Made by a program: the position numbers and the translations under genes | The notes under the pieces: generated by a model | The model's input: the letters and a program-made list of their open reading frames with translations, nothing else | What the model was told of the DNA's origin: nothing | Databases searched by the model: none | NCBI GenBank assembly: GCA_903824785.1 | Contig: CAIJYD010000051.1 | Span: 45,926-109,925, forward strand | Length of the DNA stretch: 64,000 nt | Direction of reading: 5' to 3' | DNA from: an uncultured Bacteroidota bacterium | Lineage (GTDB): Bacteria; Bacteroidota; Bacteroidia; Bacteroidales; VadinHA17 | Shown: positions 59,235-64,000 of the stretch, piece after piece | How the letters are laid out: every line of letters begins with the position of its first letter | Position numbering within the stretch: position 1 is the stretch's first letter

Positions 59235-60125
59235 TTATTTTTTGGAAATAACCCTGACTTTATACATATTGATATCGGGAATATTAATAATAATGTCCGG
59301 GTTCTTACAGTAAATATTATGAGTCCACCAGCTGATTTCGCCTTTCGTATAAACCAGTTCCTGAGTAGTTTCATTATAATTAACAGATTTAACATTTTCT
59401 ATTCCCTGCAATGGTGTGAAAGGAGAAAATGTTTTCTTACCTGTGTCAAATACCCAGACGCCTTTCATAGTTGTAAGAATAAATTTATTGGCTGAAAATG
59501 ATACAAGGTCATGACCTCCGTCATCGGGTAAGATCCACCTCTCCATCAATTGAAGCTCAGGCTTACCGGAGTCCCAGTTTTTGAGTGAATATGAGCGCAG
59601 ATCATTAAAACCCAGAGTGAACAACCGGCTCATTCCGGCCATCCATACCACCCCATGACCAGAATAAAGTGTGTCTTTGAAAATAACAGTTTCCGGTTTC
59701 TGAATATCAAATATCTTAATGCTATTGCCATCAGCAGCAGTAGATGAGGCCACTGCAATCCTGTCATTGGGAAGCAGTTCTGCCGAATGTGCATTAGGGA
59801 CGTATGCATAGAAAATAGTTCGTTTGGTTTTCCTCTCCACCAAAGCAACTCCTCCTCCGGAAGAGGTGATAAGTATTTTCCTGTTACCATCGACAGGTTT
59901 GCACTCATCGGTTGTTGCAAGATACTTCTGATATTCTTCCGGCATGCCGGTAGCTTCAGAGACTTTCCATCTCCAGAGAACTTTAAGGCTCTCTTCAGGG
60001 GATATCTTTTTTTCAATAATCAGGATCTGATCCCCTCCACAGATTAATATTTCAGAAGTCTTACCGGAACAACCTGATATTGTTATAATTATAACACTAA
60101 ATATCAGCCACTTAATTAATTTCAT
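59235..60125 (-). CDS. hypothetical lipoprotein (beta-rich, possibly propeller-like)
   Basis: 296-aa ORF with lipobox TISGC. No catalytic motif recognised. Nested antisense and shadow ORFs were ignored. Confidence 0.6.
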   Translation of the reverse strand: MKLIKWLIFSVIIITISGCSGKTSEILICGGDQILIIEKKISPEESLKVLWRWKVSEATGMPEEYQKYLATTDECKPVDGNRKILITSSGGGVALVERKTKRTIFYAYVPNAHSAELLPNDRIAVASSTAADGNSIKIFDIQKPETVIFKDTLYSGHGVVWMAGMSRLFTLGFNDLRSYSLKNWDSGKPELQLMERWILPDDGGHDLVSFSANKFILTTMKGVWVFDTGKKTFSPFTPLQGIENVKSVNYNETTQELVYTKGEISWWTHNIYCKNPDIIINIPDINMYKVRVISKK

Positions 60126-60192
60126 TGAATTATTTTTTATTGAGTATCGGATTTAAGTAATGAACTCACCCCCTGCTTTTCACCTCTGATCT

Positions 60193-61530
60193 TCACTTAT
60201 CAGAAAGATTTTCTCCAAGCTCCTCCAGAGTTCTTCCATTAGTTTCAGGAAAATATTTCCATACAACAAAAACCTGAATGATCATCATTATTGAAAAGAA
60301 CATAAACGCATGTCCTACCCCAAACTGAGATAGTTTTCCAATTACAGGAAACAAAAATGTTATTAATGCAGCAAAGAACCAATGTGAGAAGCTACCGAGT
60401 GATTGTCCTTTTCCACGAACCTGTGTAGGAAATATTTCTGCAATCAATACCCAAATAACAGCACCTGTTGAAAAGGCAAAAAACATAATATATATTAACA
60501 GGTAAATCAATAACCCATAGCCTGAAAAATCCTGAGTATAAAACGTTTTAGCAACAAGTCCGAGGCAGATTGACATTCCAATGGATCCGGTTATCAGCAG
60601 TTTTTTTCGTCCAGCCCTGTCGATCAGAATAAGTCCGACAATTGTAAATAAACCATTGGTAATTCCAATGAGTATTGACTGAAACAATGAATCAGAGTTG
60701 GTAAGGCCGCTTAGTTCAAAGATGCGGGGAGCATAATATAGAATTGCATTAATACCTGAGAACTGGTTAAACATAGCTACTAAAAATGCTATTGAGATTG
60801 GTTTGAAATATATTTTTGAAAAGAGCTTTTGCCGTTTAATTGATGACTGACTCATACTTAACTTTATCTCCTCAATCTCCTCATCTATTGACGAAACCTC
60901 AATCTTTTCAAGGATTGCACGCGCTTTTCCCATCTGTCCGATCTTAATAAGAAATCTGGGACTTTCAGGTATAATAAAAAGCAGGGAAAAAAAGATGAAG
61001 GCCGGAATACCGGCGACACCAAGCATCCATCGCCATGGTTCAGCACCTGCATCTCTTAAAAGATAATTGGAGATATATGCTATCAATATCCCGGCGATAA
61101 CATTAAACTGAAACATTGCGGTCATCCTGCCTCTGATTTTAGCCGGTGAAATTTCTGCAATATACATAGGTGCAACCACCGACGAAGCTCCAATTCCAAG
61201 TCCACCCAGGAAACGAAAAATAATAAATGAACTTACATTATTTGCAAGGGAGCTTCCCAGCGCTGTAAGAATGTATAATGCAGCAATTACAAAGAGTATC
61301 GGCTTTCTGCCATACCTGTCCGACGGGTTTCCGGATATTAATGCTCCAACTATCGTTCCTATTAATGCTGATGATATTGTCAGACCATGCCTGAATGATG
61401 ATAGCTGAAATAATTCCTGTACATGTTTTTCTACCCCTGAAATAACTGCTGTGTCAAAGCCAAAAAGGAATCCTCCCATGGCAACAATGATTGACCAGAC
61501 AAAAACCTTATTATTTGTTTGTTTCTTCAT
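60193..61530 (-). CDS. MFS sugar porter family transporter
   Basis: 12 TM segments. Sugar-porter signatures GRKPILFV (the GRK/R loop), PESPRFL and PETNGRTLEEL at the C-terminus. Confidence 0.9.
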   Translation of the reverse strand: MKKQTNNKVFVWSIIVAMGGFLFGFDTAVISGVEKHVQELFQLSSFRHGLTISSALIGTIVGALISGNPSDRYGRKPILFVIAALYILTALGSSLANNVSSFIIFRFLGGLGIGASSVVAPMYIAEISPAKIRGRMTAMFQFNVIAGILIAYISNYLLRDAGAEPWRWMLGVAGIPAFIFFSLLFIIPESPRFLIKIGQMGKARAILEKIEVSSIDEEIEEIKLSMSQSSIKRQKLFSKIYFKPISIAFLVAMFNQFSGINAILYYAPRIFELSGLTNSDSLFQSILIGITNGLFTIVGLILIDRAGRKKLLITGSIGMSICLGLVAKTFYTQDFSGYGLLIYLLIYIMFFAFSTGAVIWVLIAEIFPTQVRGKGQSLGSFSHWFFAALITFLFPVIGKLSQFGVGHAFMFFSIMMIIQVFVVWKYFPETNGRTLEELGENLSDK

Positions 61531-61643
61531 AAATTAAAATGTTTCCTGCTTAATCATTATATACCACGGCCGGCTCAAAAACCGGTCGTGGTTATGCCCA
61601 TAAAACAGAGGAATCCATTGTATAAGAACGGATTAACTGTTAA

Positions 61644-62864
61644 TTAAACCGATGCTTTGCTAAGCTCCTCGTATAAACGGTCAGCTACTATTTTCACCTG
61701 ATCGGGCTTCAGCATAAATACTGAAACTGCAACATTGTTTCCGCTCCCACCCATTATTTCAATAGAAGGAGTTCTTCCCCGCATTTTTTCCTGAAGATCT
61801 TTACTTGTAAGCTTCACCTTGTTTACGTCCCACGATATTTTGAGATTAGGAGTATGGTTTGCAAACGGAGGAACTGTAACCTCAGTAGTTACACTGGTTA
61901 CCTTCTTAACCGAGTTATCAATGAAAGCGATTCTCTCCTCCCACATTTTCCATTCTTTTACATGATCGGTATTGACATACTTTTCAAGAGCAATATACAT
62001 TCCAAGGATCTCCTCTTTATTTACTTTCATTCCCCGACCAATATTTCCACCACGAGGAGGAGCATTAAAGCGGGCTGCTGCAATCAGATCCTTCTTACCC
62101 ATAAGTATTCCGGCACTTTGAGGTCCACGCATAGCTTTTCCTCCGGAGACACATACCAGATCAAAACCCATGTCATTAAATCTCCACAGGTTTTCAACAG
62201 GAGGAACATCAGCTGCCATGTCAATCATTGTAGGAATATTGAATTTTTTTCCAAGAGCAACCCATTCCTCATGTTTGATTTTTCCATCAGCGGTACAATA
62301 ATTAAGGAACCACATCATTGCAGTTTTTTCATTAACTGCAGCTGCCAGCTCTTCTGCAGTTTCCACTTCAATTATTTTAACCCCTGTGTTTTTAAGAGCA
62401 TGAATATATCCCTGGTTATGAGATTTCTGTGTAATGACCTCCGACTTCATACCATCGAGGAAAGGCAGCTGTTCCGACTTTTTAGCATCCAATCCGGTAA
62501 GTACTCCGGCAGTACCTAATATCATTGCAGACCAGCAGCCAGCTGAAACCATAGCTGCCTCAGCATGACATAGTTCTGCAATTTTCACTCCTACCTTATC
62601 CTGGACTTCATCAAGTATCACAAAATCCTGGGAAGAGGTAACAATGGTATCAATTACCTCATCATGCATCAAAGAGCCGGTCATAAAAGTAACCGTTCCA
62701 ACAGCATTGATTATTTTACGAATACCAAGCTCATTAATTAAGTCGCGTTTTACAACTGCCGGGGTACAGGCAGTCATCATTGCACCAATTGGAATGGCAC
62801 TGCCTAAAAGAACTTTTGATGCAGGCAGGATTGATAAATTTTTGATTAAGTCTCTACGTTTCAT
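61644..62864 (-). CDS. SelA-like (DgaE-type) fold-type I PLP-dependent enzyme with a twin-arginine signal
   Basis: MKRRDLIKNLSILPAS Tat-type N-terminus. VSGGKAMRGPQSAGILMGKKDLI parallels the SelA/DgaE PLP-lysine block SG-D/G-K-x-x-GGPQAG-I-x-x-G-K-K. Confidence 0.7.
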   Translation of the reverse strand: MKRRDLIKNLSILPASKVLLGSAIPIGAMMTACTPAVVKRDLINELGIRKIINAVGTVTFMTGSLMHDEVIDTIVTSSQDFVILDEVQDKVGVKIAELCHAEAAMVSAGCWSAMILGTAGVLTGLDAKKSEQLPFLDGMKSEVITQKSHNQGYIHALKNTGVKIIEVETAEELAAAVNEKTAMMWFLNYCTADGKIKHEEWVALGKKFNIPTMIDMAADVPPVENLWRFNDMGFDLVCVSGGKAMRGPQSAGILMGKKDLIAAARFNAPPRGGNIGRGMKVNKEEILGMYIALEKYVNTDHVKEWKMWEERIAFIDNSVKKVTSVTTEVTVPPFANHTPNLKISWDVNKVKLTSKDLQEKMRGRTPSIEIMGGSGNNVAVSVFMLKPDQVKIVADRLYEELSKASV

Positions 62865-62918
62865 GGCAATTTATTTAAGTTAAGCTAAAACTATACAACA
62901 GGATTAAAAAATTCTTAC

Positions 62919-64000
62919 TCAGGTGACAATAAAATCTGCAGGAACATTTACCAGTCGTGATATATCGGTAATTTTTTCCTTTAAGTTGAAGTTTTTGCTG
63001 CAGGCGGTACTGCATGTGTCACAGGATTGGCAAGGGTTATCTCCTGTTGCAATGCCGGTTAATAATGTATGGGCCAGTTCATTATTGGCATAACCATAAG
63101 CATACATGTATGCTCTCATAATTTTAGGTATGGGAAGATTCCGTTTGCAGTTGGGAACACAGTTATTGCAGGCGGTACAATAGAGCCCTGCTTCAGACTG
63201 CGCAAGAGCAAGATCTTTCTTTTCCATATCATTCAAAGCTATATCCTCTAAAATCCTGATATTAAGATCAAGCTGATCAAAATTTGTCATTCCGGGAATA
63301 GTTGTATGAACACCGGGGTTCGACAAAGCCCACTTAATAGCAGCAGTTGTGTTAATAGGTTTTGTTCTCTCCTTATCAAGAAAGCCGCCTCCGGCCAGAA
63401 CCTTCATGGCAACAACACCAAGCCCGGCATCACTGGCCTTTTTGATTGCTATTTCCATACCTTTTACAGGAGGTTCTGAATTTTTACGGATCAGTTCTGT
63501 ATTTAAGAAATTATATGTAGTTAAAACAACATCCCAGATGCCTGCATCTACCATTGCATCAATCACTTTAGGCAGATTATGTGTAGAAACTCCAATAAAT
63601 CTGGTCTTACCTTCCTTCTTAAGTTTCTGCATGACTTTAACGATCGGCTTGAAGTTTACCATCTCAGGTGATAAAGCTTCATGCATATAAAGGATGTCAA
63701 CATGATCCATTCTGAGGCGCTTGAGGCTGGTATTAAACTTTTCGAGGAAATCTTCCCCTGTAGTAGCGTCCGATGGCATTCCTGTTTTAAGATCTACGCC
63801 ATTAGGCTCAACCTTTGTTGCAATAATAAATGAATCGCGGGGATAATCCTTAAATACCTCTCCGAGCATCTCCTCGTTCTTCCCATTCTGATAGCTGTTT
63901 GCCGTATCAAAGAATGTAATACCTTTATCTATAGCAGCTTTTACCAGCGAAGGATTATTGGCACTCATTACCCCCATACTGATAACAGGTATTTTGAGCC
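62919..64000 (-). CDS. aldo/keto reductase with C-terminal Fe-S Cys clusters, N-terminus beyond the window edge
   Basis: AKR blocks FFDTANSY, ATKV and FIGVSTH. C-terminal Cys motifs CTACNNCVPNC and CQSCDTCSTAC. The frame stays open upstream of the first Met (..LKIPVISMGVMS..), so the gene continues past 64000. Confidence 0.75.
   Translation of the reverse strand, partial: LKIPVISMGVMSANNPSLVKAAIDKGITFFDTANSYQNGKNEEMLGEVFKDYPRDSFIIATKVEPNGVDLKTGMPSDATTGEDFLEKFNTSLKRLRMDHVDILYMHEALSPEMVNFKPIVKVMQKLKKEGKTRFIGVSTHNLPKVIDAMVDAGIWDVVLTTYNFLNTELIRKNSEPPVKGMEIAIKKASDAGLGVVAMKVLAGGGFLDKERTKPINTTAAIKWALSNPGVHTTIPGMTNFDQLDLNIRILEDIALNDMEKKDLALAQSEAGLYCTACNNCVPNCKRNLPIPKIMRAYMYAYGYANNELAHTLLTGIATGDNPCQSCDTCSTACSKNFNLKEKITDISRLVNVPADFIVT

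Noticed and set aside
1-64000. Search for tRNA, rRNA, CRISPR arrays, retron/DGR reverse transcriptases, toxin-antitoxin pairs or defence-island genes.
   Set aside because: The intergenic spacers are all 517 nt or shorter, with no direct-repeat arrays or tRNA-like cloverleaf candidates. No ORF shows reverse transcriptase, nuclease-helicase, Cas, integrase or transposase motifs.

Overview
The window looks like a Bacteroidota-type chromosomal segment: it has a SusC/SusD pair, many lipoprotein signals ending in Cys, and TAnnTTTG-like promoter boxes. It is almost fully coding. I found no rRNA, tRNA, CRISPR array, integrase or transposase.

Layout, left to right:
1. 1-6.2 kb: housekeeping genes (MobA-like, formate-tetrahydrofolate ligase, RsmB/F-type m5C methyltransferase) and a GH51 arabinofuranosidase.
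2. 6.5-10.4 kb: a four-gene plus-strand putative amino-sugar operon (Gfo/Idh/MocA, PIG-L deacetylase, unknown protein, NagB-like), followed by an APC permease and an exported CE7 esterase.
3. 13.6-32.0 kb: an all-minus-strand polysaccharide utilisation locus. It holds GH5, GH20-like, DUF5060 and DUF4838 proteins, SusC/SusD, a metallophosphoesterase, GH3-PA14, and a Tat-exported flavoprotein with a membrane polyferredoxin. No regulator is present.
4. 32.3-59.0 kb: a region dominated by five CRTAC1/ASPIC-UnbV FG-GAP repeat proteins.
5. 59.2-64.0 kb: a lipoprotein, an MFS sugar porter, a Tat-signal SelA-like PLP enzyme and a truncated aldo/keto reductase with an Fe-S tail.

The most interesting candidate is a 19-kb, 13-gene, tightly packed minus-strand array (39906-59041). 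It mixes exported FG-GAP proteins, two beta-propeller c-type cytochromes, an orphan Reg_prop propeller and two orphan LivK-type binding proteins with cytoplasmic enzymes (DAHP synthase, a RidA/chorismatase-like protein, an AsnB-like enzyme lacking its Cys nucleophile, and a radical SAM enzyme). I cannot map this combination to any described pathway.

All functional calls rest on motifs read from the supplied translations. No database search was possible.
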